Shown in pieces: positions 46,000-54,696 of a DNA stretch of 64,000 bases. Each line of letters opens with the position of its first letter. Position 1 is the first letter of the stretch. The DNA comes from Dehalococcoidia bacterium (GTDB lineage: Bacteria; Chloroflexota; Dehalococcoidia; UBA2979), in NCBI GenBank assembly GCA_019694855.1, contig JAIBBD010000004.1, positions 9,753 to 73,752 on the forward strand. Reading direction: 5' to 3'. A program made the position numbers and the translations under genes. The notes under the pieces are model-generated. The model was not told the origin of the DNA. It did no database searches and saw nothing but the letters and a program-made list of their open reading frames with translations.

Positions 46000-47205
46000 A
46001 TGGCCACGATCCAAGGGGCTTACGATGCCCTAGCGCGACTCGAGCACGTTCGGAACCAAATGGAACAGCGTCGCGCCGTCCTCGAGCCGATATCGGCGTA
46101 TCAGTCGCTGTACGCGGAGTGGGGCGTCATTTCGACGAGGTTGGACTCGTTGCTGCGAGCGCTTGCGCCCGACGCGACGATGGCCACAACTGGGGAGGAC
46201 GCGGCCGAAAGCCTCGGCGAAGCGCTCCGTACGCTCGAATCGGCACGCACTGCCCTGCTTGGACGATCTGGGAGTCTGACCTTGGGGTTGCGGGCGTTGG
46301 GCACGCTGCTTCCGGAGGAGCGCCGAGAGGTCGGCAGGCTTGCCAACTCCCTCAGGGATGAGATCGAGAACTTTCTGCGGGAGTCCAGCGAAGCTTTGCG
46401 CGCCGCCGCCCTCGCCGCGCAGGTCGCAGCCGGCGCCATCGACGTCACGCTGCCCGGCCGCCCCGTCACGCGCGGCGGCCTGCACCCGGTCACGCGCACG
46501 AAGCGCGAGATCCTCGCCGCCTTCGCCCGCATGGGCTTCGATACGGTCGAGGGCCCCGAGGTCGAACTCGACGAGTACAACTTTGAGCGCTTGCGCATTC
46601 CCGCCGACCATCCCGCCCGTGACATGTGGGACACCTTCTGGCTCTCCTACGAGGTCGGCGGTGTCCGCCCGATGCTGCTGCGCACGCACACCTCTCCGAT
46701 GCAGATTCGCTACATGGAGACGCACGAGCCGCCGATCCGCATCGCCGTCCCCGGCCGCTGCTATCGCTACGAGGCCACCGACGCCACCCATGAGTGGATG
46801 CTGCAGCAGGTAGAACTCCTCGTCGTCGGCGAGGGCGTCTCGATGGCGCAGCTGAAAGGCACGCTCCAAGAGTTCGCCCGCCAGCTCTTCGGCCCTGACA
46901 CCCGCGTGCTGCTGCGCAACTCCTACTTCCCATTCGTGGAGCCCGGCGTCGAGCTCGCCGTCTCCTGCTTCGCCTGCCCGGGCACGGACCCGTCCTGCTC
47001 GGTCTGCCGAGGCTCCGGCTGGCTCGAGATCATGGGCGCCGGCATGGTGCACCCCGAGATCCTCGCCGCCGCCGGCTACGACACCGACCGCTACACCGGC
47101 TTCGCGGCGGGCATGGGCGTCGAGCGCATCACGATGCTGAAGTACGGCGTCGAGGATATCCGCCACTTCTACTCGAACGACCTCCGCTTCCTCGCGCAGT
47201 TCTGA
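46000..47205 (+). CDS. pheS: phenylalanine--tRNA ligase alpha subunit
   Basis: Class II motif 2 (RCYRYEATDATHEWMLQQVE) and motif 3 (GFAAGMGVERITMLKYGVEDIRHFYSNDLRFLAQF), an extended coiled-coil N-terminus and a Cys4 insertion (CFACPGTDPSCSVC). No pheT follows. Confidence 0.93.
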   Translation: MATIQGAYDALARLEHVRNQMEQRRAVLEPISAYQSLYAEWGVISTRLDSLLRALAPDATMATTGEDAAESLGEALRTLESARTALLGRSGSLTLGLRALGTLLPEERREVGRLANSLRDEIENFLRESSEALRAAALAAQVAAGAIDVTLPGRPVTRGGLHPVTRTKREILAAFARMGFDTVEGPEVELDEYNFERLRIPADHPARDMWDTFWLSYEVGGVRPMLLRTHTSPMQIRYMETHEPPIRIAVPGRCYRYEATDATHEWMLQQVELLVVGEGVSMAQLKGTLQEFARQLFGPDTRVLLRNSYFPFVEPGVELAVSCFACPGTDPSCSVCRGSGWLEIMGAGMVHPEILAAAGYDTDRYTGFAAGMGVERITMLKYGVEDIRHFYSNDLRFLAQF

Positions 47206-47215
47206 CCGCGCCTCG

Positions 47216-47707
47216 GTGGCCACCAGCAACGCTCGCTCCGGTGTCCGCCTCGAGCTGCTCTGGGCCCTCGCCACGATCGTCTCCGTCCTCGCCGTGCTCA
47301 CCTGGCGCTGCGCCCTCGATCCCGGCGCGACGAGTTCCGCCGGCTCCGCTGCTGCGGAGACGCCCGCTGCCACCCCCTTCGCGCCGTGCGGCGACGAGGT
47401 CAATCGTCCGGACGAGCCTCTGAACCTCGAGGGTCGTGCCTGCTTGCTCACCGCCGCTCCCGCCGGTACCCGCGTCGAGTTCAACACCACCCGCTTCACG
47501 GTCGAGGGCCAGCCCGTCTTTTGGCGCATCCGGGTCGTTGCTTGGGGCGACGTCGAGGTGACCGTCGACAACCGTGCCGATGAGTTCTCAGGCGCCGCCC
47601 GTCGGCGCGTCACGACCTACCACTGCACCTCGCTCGCCCGTTCTGCGGCGGACGGGCAGCGCATCGACGTTCTCGGCTGCACAAGCGGCGACGTCCTGAC
47701 CTTCTGA
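47216..47707 (+). CDS. hypothetical secreted/membrane-anchored Cys-containing protein (163 aa)
   Basis: Starts 10 bp after the pheS stop. N-terminal hydrophobic helix (LLWALATIVSVLAVL), then four Cys residues. No known domain. Confidence 0.5.
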   Translation: MATSNARSGVRLELLWALATIVSVLAVLTWRCALDPGATSSAGSAAAETPAATPFAPCGDEVNRPDEPLNLEGRACLLTAAPAGTRVEFNTTRFTVEGQPVFWRIRVVAWGDVEVTVDNRADEFSGAARRRVTTYHCTSLARSAADGQRIDVLGCTSGDVLTF

Positions 47708-47741
47708 GACACGCAGGGCCTGCTGTTCGGGAGCTACGCTT

Positions 47742-47793
47742 GACAGTCAGCATTTGCTCAGATAAAACCTACTAACTGGATAGGGATTATCGA
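47742..47793 (+). promoter_or_regulatory. candidate promoter/operator of the Rrf2 regulator gene
   Basis: A locally AT-rich stretch contains TTGACA, a 17-bp spacer and TAAAAC (a -10-like hexamer). It is followed by ctactaactggatagggattatcg immediately 5' of the ATG, a possible Rrf2 autoregulatory site. Confidence 0.45.
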
Positions 47794-48258
47794 ATGAAGC
47801 TTTCCACCCGCGGTGATTATGCCGTTCGCGCCCTCCTCGAGCTCTCGACGGCGGAGGCGGACAACGCCATCCCCCTCGGAGAGCTCGCCGAACGCACCCG
47901 CATCCCCGCGAAGTACCTCGAGCAGATCCTGATGCGCCTTCGCACGGCCCGCGTCGTGCGAGGAAAGCGCGGGGCACGTGGCGGGTACATGCTCGCCCGC
48001 GACCCCCACCGCGTCACCGTTGGCGAGGTGATCCGCGCCATGGAGGGCCCGCTGGCGCCCAGCCTCTGCGCGAGTCAGACCGCCCACACTGCATGCCCCG
48101 CCTACCGTTGCCCCAGCGAAGACGCCTGTGTGATGCGGGGCCTCTGGGCCGAGGTTCGCGACGCCATCGCCGGCATCGTCGACCACACCACCTTTGGCGA
48201 CCTCGCGGCCCGCACCCGCGAGCAGCAGGCCGCCGCGCGCGAGATGTACTACATCTGA
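47794..48258 (+). CDS. Rrf2 family transcriptional regulator (IscR/CymR/NsrR-like, with Cys ligands)
   Basis: N-terminal wHTH (MKLSTRGDYAVRALLEL...IPAKYLEQILMRL) and a cluster of Cys residues (CASQTAHTACPAYRCPSEDAC) compatible with Fe-S ligation. Confidence 0.85.
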   Translation: MKLSTRGDYAVRALLELSTAEADNAIPLGELAERTRIPAKYLEQILMRLRTARVVRGKRGARGGYMLARDPHRVTVGEVIRAMEGPLAPSLCASQTAHTACPAYRCPSEDACVMRGLWAEVRDAIAGIVDHTTFGDLAARTREQQAAAREMYYI

Positions 48259-48425
48259 TGGCAGGCGACCGCGATGCCACCGCCCTCGATCCGCGCGAGC
48301 GCCAGGTCCTCGCCGAGGTGCTGCAGGCCATCCGTTCGGTCCGGCACGGCTACGTGCAGATCACGCTGCAGGATTCGAAAGTCGTCCAGATCGACACGCT
48401 CGAGAAACGCCGCTTTGAACGCTGA
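48258..48425 (+). CDS. YezD/DUF2292 family small protein (55 aa)
   Basis: Its ATG overlaps the Rrf2 stop (ATGA). HGYVQITLQDSKVVQIDTLEKRRF matches the DUF2292 core (GSV.i.IqDGKVVQIEk.EK.R). Confidence 0.6.
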   Translation: MAGDRDATALDPRERQVLAEVLQAIRSVRHGYVQITLQDSKVVQIDTLEKRRFER

Positions 48426-48477
48426 CGATATGCCACCTCCGCCGCGCGTACGGGCGCGGGCTGACCAGTCAACTGGA

Positions 48478-48508
48478 GGCCCCTCGCGAACAGCGAGGGG
48501 CTTTTCGT
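48478..48508 (+). terminator. rho-independent terminator after the Rrf2-YezD operon
   Basis: GCCCCTCGC-GAACA-GCGAGGGGC followed by TTTTCGTT. A second GC hairpin, CCCTCGCGCCGCGAGGG, follows at about 48525. Confidence 0.6.
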
Positions 48509-48600
48509 TGCCCGTTCAAGGTCGCTGTACGGGGCCCTCGCGCCGCGAGGGCGACCCGCAACCAACGACTCGACGCACGACCGACTGGAGCAGTAAGCAC

Positions 48601-49692
48601 ATGCGCGCGTTTACGCACCGCCTGACCGCCACACTGGCGTTTGCCACCGCCGTCCTCTTCGTTGCCGCGACCGTCGCTGCCTGCGGCGGAGACGACACCG
48701 CCAACACCGGCCCGGGCGCCTCGGCCATCGCGAAGGTCGAGAACGTCACCCTCCGCCTCGGCTACTTCCCGAACATCACCCACGCCCAGCCCCTCGTCGG
48801 CCTCGAGCGCGGCACCTACGCCGAGGAGCTTGGCGCCAACGTGAAGCTCGAGACGAAGACCTTCAACGCCGGCCCGGCCGCCATCGAGGCGCTCTTTGCG
48901 GGCGCGATCGACGCCACCTACATCGGCCCAAACCCCGCGATCAACGGCTACGTGCAGTCCGAGGGCAAAGACCTCCGCATCGTCGCCGGCGCCACCAGCG
49001 CCGGAGCGTCCCTCATCGTGCGCGCCGACGCCGGCATTGGTACGCCAGCGGACTTCGCGAACAAGAAGGTCGCAACGCCTCAGCTCGGCAACACCCAGGA
49101 CGTCGCCCTCCGCGCCTGGCTCCAGAAGAACGGCCTCAAGGACAAAGATCACGGTGGCAACGTCCAGGTCATCCCGACCGCCAACGCCGACACGCTCACG
49201 CTCTTCCAGCGCGGACAGATCGACGCCGCCTGGGTCCCGGAGCCCTGGGGCACGCGTCTCATCCAGGAAGCGAATGGACGCCTCTTCCTCGACGAACGCG
49301 ACCTCTGGCCAAACGGCGACTTTGTCACCACCCAGCTCATCGTCCGCACCAAGTTCCTCAACGAGCACCCCGAGGTCGTCCAGAAGCTGCTCCTCGCGCA
49401 CGTGAAGACCACGCTCTGGATCAATGACAACCCGGACGAGGCCAAGAAGCTCGTCAACCAGGGCATCAAGAAGGTCACCAACGCCGCGATCCCGGATGCC
49501 GTCATCAACACCGCCTGGCGCAACCAGAAGGTCACCTACGACCCCATCGCCTCGAGCCTGCGCAAGTCGGCCGATGACGCCTTCGCCCTCGGCTACCTTG
49601 GCGACAAGAAGCCCGACCTGGCGAACATCTACTCGCTCGACCTCCTCAACAAGGTCCTCGCGAGCCTGAATCTCAAAGCCGTACAGCAATAG
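48601..49692 (+). CDS. ABC transporter substrate-binding lipoprotein, NitT/TauT family (SsuA/TauA-like)
   Basis: Start MRAFTH after a GGAG RBS. Lipobox VAACGG. PBP2-type NMT1/SsuA-like pattern. Confidence 0.8.
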   Translation: MRAFTHRLTATLAFATAVLFVAATVAACGGDDTANTGPGASAIAKVENVTLRLGYFPNITHAQPLVGLERGTYAEELGANVKLETKTFNAGPAAIEALFAGAIDATYIGPNPAINGYVQSEGKDLRIVAGATSAGASLIVRADAGIGTPADFANKKVATPQLGNTQDVALRAWLQKNGLKDKDHGGNVQVIPTANADTLTLFQRGQIDAAWVPEPWGTRLIQEANGRLFLDERDLWPNGDFVTTQLIVRTKFLNEHPEVVQKLLLAHVKTTLWINDNPDEAKKLVNQGIKKVTNAAIPDAVINTAWRNQKVTYDPIASSLRKSADDAFALGYLGDKKPDLANIYSLDLLNKVLASLNLKAVQQ

Positions 49693-49717
49693 CCACCATC
49701 TGCGGGAGGAAGTCGCC

Positions 49718-50647
49718 ATGACGGTCATCGTCACGCAGCCCGACATCGAGGACAGCGCCGATCCCGCCGTCGAGGCGGCCGTCGCCCCTCCTCCTGCACC
49801 ACGGGCGACGGCGGCCCCGACGGTGTCGCTCCCGGCTACAACGACGCCCGTTTCACCCGTGGAGGGCGAGCAGCCTGTGCTCGCCCTCCACAGCGTCTCC
49901 AAGCGCTTCCACACACGACGCCAGGACACGCTGGCACTCGACCGCGTGACCCTCGAGGTTCGCCCTCGCGAGTTCATCTGCATCGTCGGCCCGTCCGGGT
50001 GCGGCAAGTCCACGCTGCTGAACATCGCCGCCGGCATCGACCGCGACTACGAAGGCCAGGCCCTCTTCGAGGGCGCCCCCATCCGCGGCGCCGCACGCGA
50101 GCGTGCCGTGGTGTTCCAGGAGCCCGCGCTGTTCCCGTGGCTGAACGTCCGCGCCAATGTCGAGTTCGGACTCAAGCTGCGCGACGTCCCGAAGCGCCAG
50201 CGCCGCGAGGTCGTCGACCGTCAGCTCGCCCTCGTCGACCTCTCGAAGTTCGAGCGCGCGTACATCCATGAGCTTTCGGGCGGCATGAAACAACGGGCCC
50301 AGCTCGCCCGTGCGCTCGCGGTGGAGCCGCATGTCCTACTGATGGACGAGCCGTTCGCGGCGCTCGACGCCCAGACACGCGACGACCTCCAGCTCGAGCT
50401 GCAGTCCGTGTGGGCACGCATCGGCACCACCGTCCTCTTCGTCACCCACAACGTGCGCGAGGCGGTGATCCTCGGGGACCGCGTCGTGGTCATGTCCGCG
50501 AGCCCGGGGCGCATCAAGCGCATCATCGATGTTCCGCTCGAACGCCCACGTACCCCGGACGACCACGCCGTCGCCGACCTCGCCGCCCAGATCCGTCTCG
50601 AGCTCCAGAACACCGCCGAGGACCTGGAGCCCCGCTATGCCATCTAG
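49718..50647 (+). CDS. ABC transporter ATP-binding protein, NitT/TauT family
   Basis: Walker A GPSGCGKST, ABC signature LSGGMKQR, Walker B LLMDEPF. A low-complexity N-terminal extension of about 60 aa is either unusual or marks a later true start. Confidence 0.85.
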   Translation: MTVIVTQPDIEDSADPAVEAAVAPPPAPRATAAPTVSLPATTTPVSPVEGEQPVLALHSVSKRFHTRRQDTLALDRVTLEVRPREFICIVGPSGCGKSTLLNIAAGIDRDYEGQALFEGAPIRGAARERAVVFQEPALFPWLNVRANVEFGLKLRDVPKRQRREVVDRQLALVDLSKFERAYIHELSGGMKQRAQLARALAVEPHVLLMDEPFAALDAQTRDDLQLELQSVWARIGTTVLFVTHNVREAVILGDRVVVMSASPGRIKRIIDVPLERPRTPDDHAVADLAAQIRLELQNTAEDLEPRYAI

Positions 50648-51425
50648 TCGCTTCCTGCCGTCGTCCGAGCTGCTCTGGAGGCTACTGCGCATCCTCGCGT
50701 TCTATGCGCTGTTGGTCGTGGCCTGGGAAGCCGTCGCGAAAGCCGAGATCTGGTCGCCCTTCCTCTTCCCGGCCCCCGAGAAAGTCTTCGATGCCCTGCG
50801 GAACAACATCGAAAGCGGTGTCCTCTTCGAGGCACTGCGAGGGACGATGAAGCGACTGTTGGTTGGCTATGGAATCTCGTTTGTGATTGGCATGGCCCTC
50901 GGGTTGTTCATCGCTTCCTGGAAGTGGGCCGACGAGACGGTCGGCGGCATCGTCCTCGGCCTGCAGTCGCTGCCCAGCATTGTCTGGTTGCCCATGGCCG
51001 TCCTCTGGTTCGGCCTGAGCGAGCGCGGCATCATCTTCGTCGTCCTCATGGGCTCCACGTTCTCTATCGCCCTCTCCGCACGCGCGGGCATCCGCGCCCT
51101 CCCGCCGCTGCTCGCGCGCGCCGCCGGCACCCTGGGAGCCTCGCGTTTGCAGATGTACCGCTACGTGGTGCTGCCCGCGATGATTCCCGCCATGATTCAG
51201 GGGATGAAGCAGGGCTGGTCATTCGCCTGGCGCTCCCTCATGGCGGCCGAGCTCCTCCTCAGCGTCGGCATCGGGCACCAGCTCCAGATCGGCCGCGACC
51301 TGAACAACATCAGCATGGTCTTCGCGATCATGCTGGTCATCGTCGCCGTGGGCGTCGCCGTCGGCCTCCTCTTCAGCCGGGCCGAGGCTTGGGTGCACGA
51401 ACGCTGGGGCTTCGCTGCCGGGTGA
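50637..51425 (+). CDS. ABC transporter permease, NitT/TauT family
   Basis: Its ATG lies 11 bp inside the ATPase gene. About 6 TM helices with an EAA-like loop (ALSARAGIRALPPLLARAAGTLGAS). Confidence 0.85.
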   Translation: MPSSRFLPSSELLWRLLRILAFYALLVVAWEAVAKAEIWSPFLFPAPEKVFDALRNNIESGVLFEALRGTMKRLLVGYGISFVIGMALGLFIASWKWADETVGGIVLGLQSLPSIVWLPMAVLWFGLSERGIIFVVLMGSTFSIALSARAGIRALPPLLARAAGTLGASRLQMYRYVVLPAMIPAMIQGMKQGWSFAWRSLMAAELLLSVGIGHQLQIGRDLNNISMVFAIMLVIVAVGVAVGLLFSRAEAWVHERWGFAAG

Positions 51426-51475
51426 CCCTCCGCCGAGGAGGCCGGCCCGCCCGGACGCGCGGTGACCATGACATT

Positions 51476-51530
51476 TCTGTTCGTAATCACCGCGGTGACG
51501 CGCCGAATTCATTCCCTTCGTAATCGAAAA
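51476..51530. promoter_or_regulatory. AT-rich intergenic region with a palindrome and direct repeats (candidate operator/promoter of the downstream SBP gene)
   Basis: A perfect palindrome TCACCGCGGTGA (51486-51497) is flanked by two TTCGTAATC direct repeats (51479-51487 and 51516-51524). The GC content is markedly lower than in flanking genes. Confidence 0.4.
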
Positions 51531-51617
51531 TGGGGCCACTTTCGATCGTTATTTGAGCGTATCCCCAACCCTCTATTACGTTCTCTGCACGGCAAACGTA
51601 TCCAGAGGGGAGACTAC

Positions 51618-53399
51618 ATGTCAGATCCAATCGAGACGCAGGAGGGGCGCTGGTCGATGAACCGCCGTGCCCTCCTCCGAGGTGGTTCGCTCGCCTTCGC
51701 GGGCGTCGCCGCCGCCGCCCTCATCGGCTGTGGCAGCGACGACGAGAAGTCCAGCGGCAGCGCCTCGAGCACCGCGCCGGCCGGGACCGGCACCGCTGCC
51801 GCCTCCAATGTCGACCAGGCTCCGGGGCTGCCTTACCCCTTCAACTTCAAGGAGCCGAACAAGACCGCCAAGGACGGCGGCACCATGACCGTGGGCGTCA
51901 GCTGGGATGTCTCGACGTTCGACCAGGCCAAGTCCGCCGCCGGCGGCACCATCACGGTCCCGAACATCGTTGCCGACCGGCTCATCGGCTTTAAGAGCGG
52001 CGTCAACTACGACCGCCTGAAGCTTGAGCTCAAGCCGGAGCTCGCGACCTCCTGGGAGCGCAGCCCGGACGGCCTCATCTACACCTTCAAGATTCGCCCG
52101 AACGTGAAGTGGCAGAACGTCGCCCCGGTCAACGGCCGTGCTTTCGTTGCCGCCGACGCCGCTTACGCGTACGAGCGCTACCGCAAGGAAGGCGTCCACA
52201 CCGCCATTTGGTCGGACGTCGACAAGATCGAGGCCACCGACGCCTCCACCCTGAAGATCACGATGAAGAAGCCGCTCGTCGACTTCCTCAACAACCTCGC
52301 CGGCCGCTACCAGACCATCTTCCCCAAGGAGTCCGTCGACGACGGCTCCATCGAGAAGAAGCCCATCGGCACCGGCCCGATGATCTTCCAGGACGCCAAG
52401 GCGCAGCAGCAGGTCACCCTGACCAAGAACCCTGACTACTGGCAGGGCAAGGTGCACCTCGACGGCTGGGTCTTCAAGATCATGCCGGACATCGCAGCCC
52501 GCACCGCCGCCTTCCGCGCCGGTCAGCTCGACTACGGTTACGGTCTCGCCGCGAAGCTCAGCGAGGCGCAGAACATCGAGAAGTCGATGACCGGCCTGCA
52601 GATGCAGATCACCGGTGGTGAGTCCGGCGGCTACGGCTTCGGCATGAACGTGTCGAACCCCAAGTTCAAGGACGAGCGCGTGCGCCGCGCTATCGCCCTG
52701 GCGCAGGACCACCAGACGTCGCTCCAGCTCATCTACGAGGGCCTCGGCGTTGCGCTGCCCGACCAGTACTGGACCTTCGTCTTCGACACCCAGCCCGACT
52801 TCAAGACAGGCGGCCTCGGCCAGTGGACCAAGGCCTCGGGCGACCCCGCCCAGGCGAAGCAGCTCCTTGAGGCTGCCGGTGCCGCGAACCTGACGATCGA
52901 CGCCACGTACTACACGTACGCCGGCTACGACGCCACCCGGCCCGAGGTGCTCACCGACCAGTTCCGCCGCGCGGGTATCACCCTCAACGCCAAGAAGGTC
53001 GAGTACACCGAGTTCAACTCGCAGTGGGTCGGCGCCAAGCTCGCCGAGGCCACCACGAGTGGCTGGGGCGCCCCGGGCTTCGACGCGGACAACTACTTCT
53101 ACAACCAGCTGTACTCCACGTCGCCCGGCAACCGCCACCAGATCAAGGACCCGCAGATCGACCAGTGGGCCGAGCAGCAGCGGGTCGAGCTCGACCCGGC
53201 CAAGCGCAAGGATCTCCACAAGAAGATCTGGGACCGCGTCTGGACCGACCAGATGTACCGCATCCCCCAGGCGGGTGGGTACGCCTTCGAGCTCTACCAG
53301 CCGTGGCTCCGCGGCTTCCGCACCGGCGGTCCCCGCGGTACCTCCGGCTACTTCTACGACTGGGGCGAGCAGGTCATCGACATGTGGCTCGACAAGTAG
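51618..53399 (+). CDS. ABC transporter substrate-binding protein family 5 (peptide/nickel/opine type), Tat-lipoprotein, orphan
   Basis: Start MSDPIETQEGRW after a GAGGGGAGA RBS. Twin-arginine motif NRRALLRGG then lipobox LIGCGS. SBP_bac_5-like features throughout. No cognate permease or ATPase genes are nearby. Confidence 0.85.
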   Translation: MSDPIETQEGRWSMNRRALLRGGSLAFAGVAAAALIGCGSDDEKSSGSASSTAPAGTGTAAASNVDQAPGLPYPFNFKEPNKTAKDGGTMTVGVSWDVSTFDQAKSAAGGTITVPNIVADRLIGFKSGVNYDRLKLELKPELATSWERSPDGLIYTFKIRPNVKWQNVAPVNGRAFVAADAAYAYERYRKEGVHTAIWSDVDKIEATDASTLKITMKKPLVDFLNNLAGRYQTIFPKESVDDGSIEKKPIGTGPMIFQDAKAQQQVTLTKNPDYWQGKVHLDGWVFKIMPDIAARTAAFRAGQLDYGYGLAAKLSEAQNIEKSMTGLQMQITGGESGGYGFGMNVSNPKFKDERVRRAIALAQDHQTSLQLIYEGLGVALPDQYWTFVFDTQPDFKTGGLGQWTKASGDPAQAKQLLEAAGAANLTIDATYYTYAGYDATRPEVLTDQFRRAGITLNAKKVEYTEFNSQWVGAKLAEATTSGWGAPGFDADNYFYNQLYSTSPGNRHQIKDPQIDQWAEQQRVELDPAKRKDLHKKIWDRVWTDQMYRIPQAGGYAFELYQPWLRGFRTGGPRGTSGYFYDWGEQVIDMWLDK

Positions 53400-53423
53400 T
53401 CGAGTCGCGCTAGCGACCGGTGT

Positions 53424-53477
53424 GGTCCGCCTCGTGCCGCTTGATCGTGGCACGAGGCGGACCTACCGTTTTTTCGA
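53424..53477 (+). terminator. strong rho-independent terminator
   Basis: A perfect 15-bp stem GGTCCGCCTCGTGCC ... GGCACGAGGCGGACC followed by TACCGTTTTTTCG. Confidence 0.8.
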
Positions 53478-53587
53478 GGAGTGTTCGATGACGCACGCCG
53501 CCTCCCGCACCCGCGCCCATGCCTGCTCGGCCATGCCGCTGCGAGCTCGTCTGCGTCGTTAGACTCCCGTCCCGAACGCTCGATGAC

Positions 53588-53620
53588 ACGCCGCGGCAGC
53601 TCCCGCGGCGTTTTGCTGTA
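53588..53620 (+). promoter_or_regulatory. terminator-like hairpin inside the hisZ leader (possible attenuator)
   Basis: ACGCCGCGG-cagctc-CCGCGGCGT followed by TTTTG, about 100 nt upstream of the hisZ start and downstream of the previous gene's own terminator. Confidence 0.35.
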
Positions 53621-53715
53621 ACCCACCTGCACCGGATCGAGGAACGCGACCGTTGAGCACCGTAGAATCCCCCGAGAACACATCGGCTCTCGCCAGGGAC
53701 GCGCGAGGAGACAGC

Positions 53716-54696
53716 ATGGACAGTGTTTGGCGTAGCCGCGGCATGCGTGACTTCGGCCCGGACGCCATGCGCCGCTTCCGCCGCGTTGAGCGCGCCTTCC
53801 TCGATGTCACCGCAAGCCGCGGCTATGCCGAGATCCGCACGCCCGCTATCGAACCGATCCATCTGTTCACGGCCACCGGGTCGCTCTCACCGCAGCTCCT
53901 CGACCGCGTGTACTCATTCCTCGACTGGGACGGCTGGAGTGGCGAACGCGTCGTCCTACGGCCCGACAGCACCGTCCCCGCCGCCCGCTGGTATGAGACG
54001 AATTGGCGCGATGCCTCGCCGGCCCGTCTCTCCTACGTCCAGCCCGTCTACCGCTTCGAGCCCGGAGACGCCGAGCGCGAGCAGTGGCAATGCGGCGTCG
54101 AGCTGTTCGGACTCGAGGCGCTCGAGGCGGACGGCGAACTGTTGCGGCTTGCCGCCGACTTCCTCGCCGCGCTCGGACTCGATGACCTCACGTTCGACCT
54201 CTCGCACGCGGGCCTCATCCGAGCCGTCCTCGTGGCCGGCGGCCTCGACGCCGTCGAGCAGCTCGCTGCCTACGACCGTCTCCTCGGGGGAGACCAGACT
54301 ATTCTCGCGGACCTCAGTGCACGCCACCCGGAGCGAAGCGCCGCCCTGCGCCTCCTCTTCGACGTGAACGGCGCGGGCGGCGGTTACATCGCGAATCTCC
54401 GCGCTACCCTCGGGGCGGCAATCCCCGACACCGAGGAGCCCCTCCTCGAACTCGAGGCCGCGGCCGCCGCCCTCGACGAGGCCGGATGCACGTACCGTCT
54501 CGTCCCCGCCACCGCGCGCAACTTCGAGTACTACACCGGGCTCACGTTCCGCCTCAGCTCCGGCGCAACCGAGTGCATCCGGGGCGGGCGCTACGACGGC
54601 CTGGGCGCCGCCCTCGGGGAGCGCTCCGCGCCCGCGTCGGGCTTCGGCGCCGACATCGTCAGCCTCGCTCGCCTGCTCGAGGCCTTCGAGGAATGA
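53716..54696 (+). CDS. hisZ: ATP phosphoribosyltransferase regulatory subunit HisZ (HisRS paralogue)
   Basis: Class II aaRS-like catalytic core without the anticodon domain (RGMRDFGPDAM..., GYAEIRTPAIEP, ERVVLRPD, GGRYDGL). Start chosen at ATG 53716 after a GAGGAGA RBS; the track ORF begins at 53653. Confidence 0.85.
   Translation: MDSVWRSRGMRDFGPDAMRRFRRVERAFLDVTASRGYAEIRTPAIEPIHLFTATGSLSPQLLDRVYSFLDWDGWSGERVVLRPDSTVPAARWYETNWRDASPARLSYVQPVYRFEPGDAEREQWQCGVELFGLEALEADGELLRLAADFLAALGLDDLTFDLSHAGLIRAVLVAGGLDAVEQLAAYDRLLGGDQTILADLSARHPERSAALRLLFDVNGAGGGYIANLRATLGAAIPDTEEPLLELEAAAAALDEAGCTYRLVPATARNFEYYTGLTFRLSSGATECIRGGRYDGLGAALGERSAPASGFGADIVSLARLLEAFEE

Noticed and set aside
46030-47613. 527-aa minus-strand ORF overlapping pheS
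   Set aside because: Antisense to PheS motif 2/3 regions. No start context and no motifs.
51621-53453. 610-aa minus-strand ORF overlapping the family-5 SBP gene
   Set aside because: Antisense to a gene with Tat signal, lipobox and SBP features. The translation is low-complexity.
53478-53587. Possible his leader peptide ORF (MTHAASRTRAHACSAMPLRARLRR)
   Set aside because: Only two His codons and no run of His codons. Not a classical his attenuation leader peptide.
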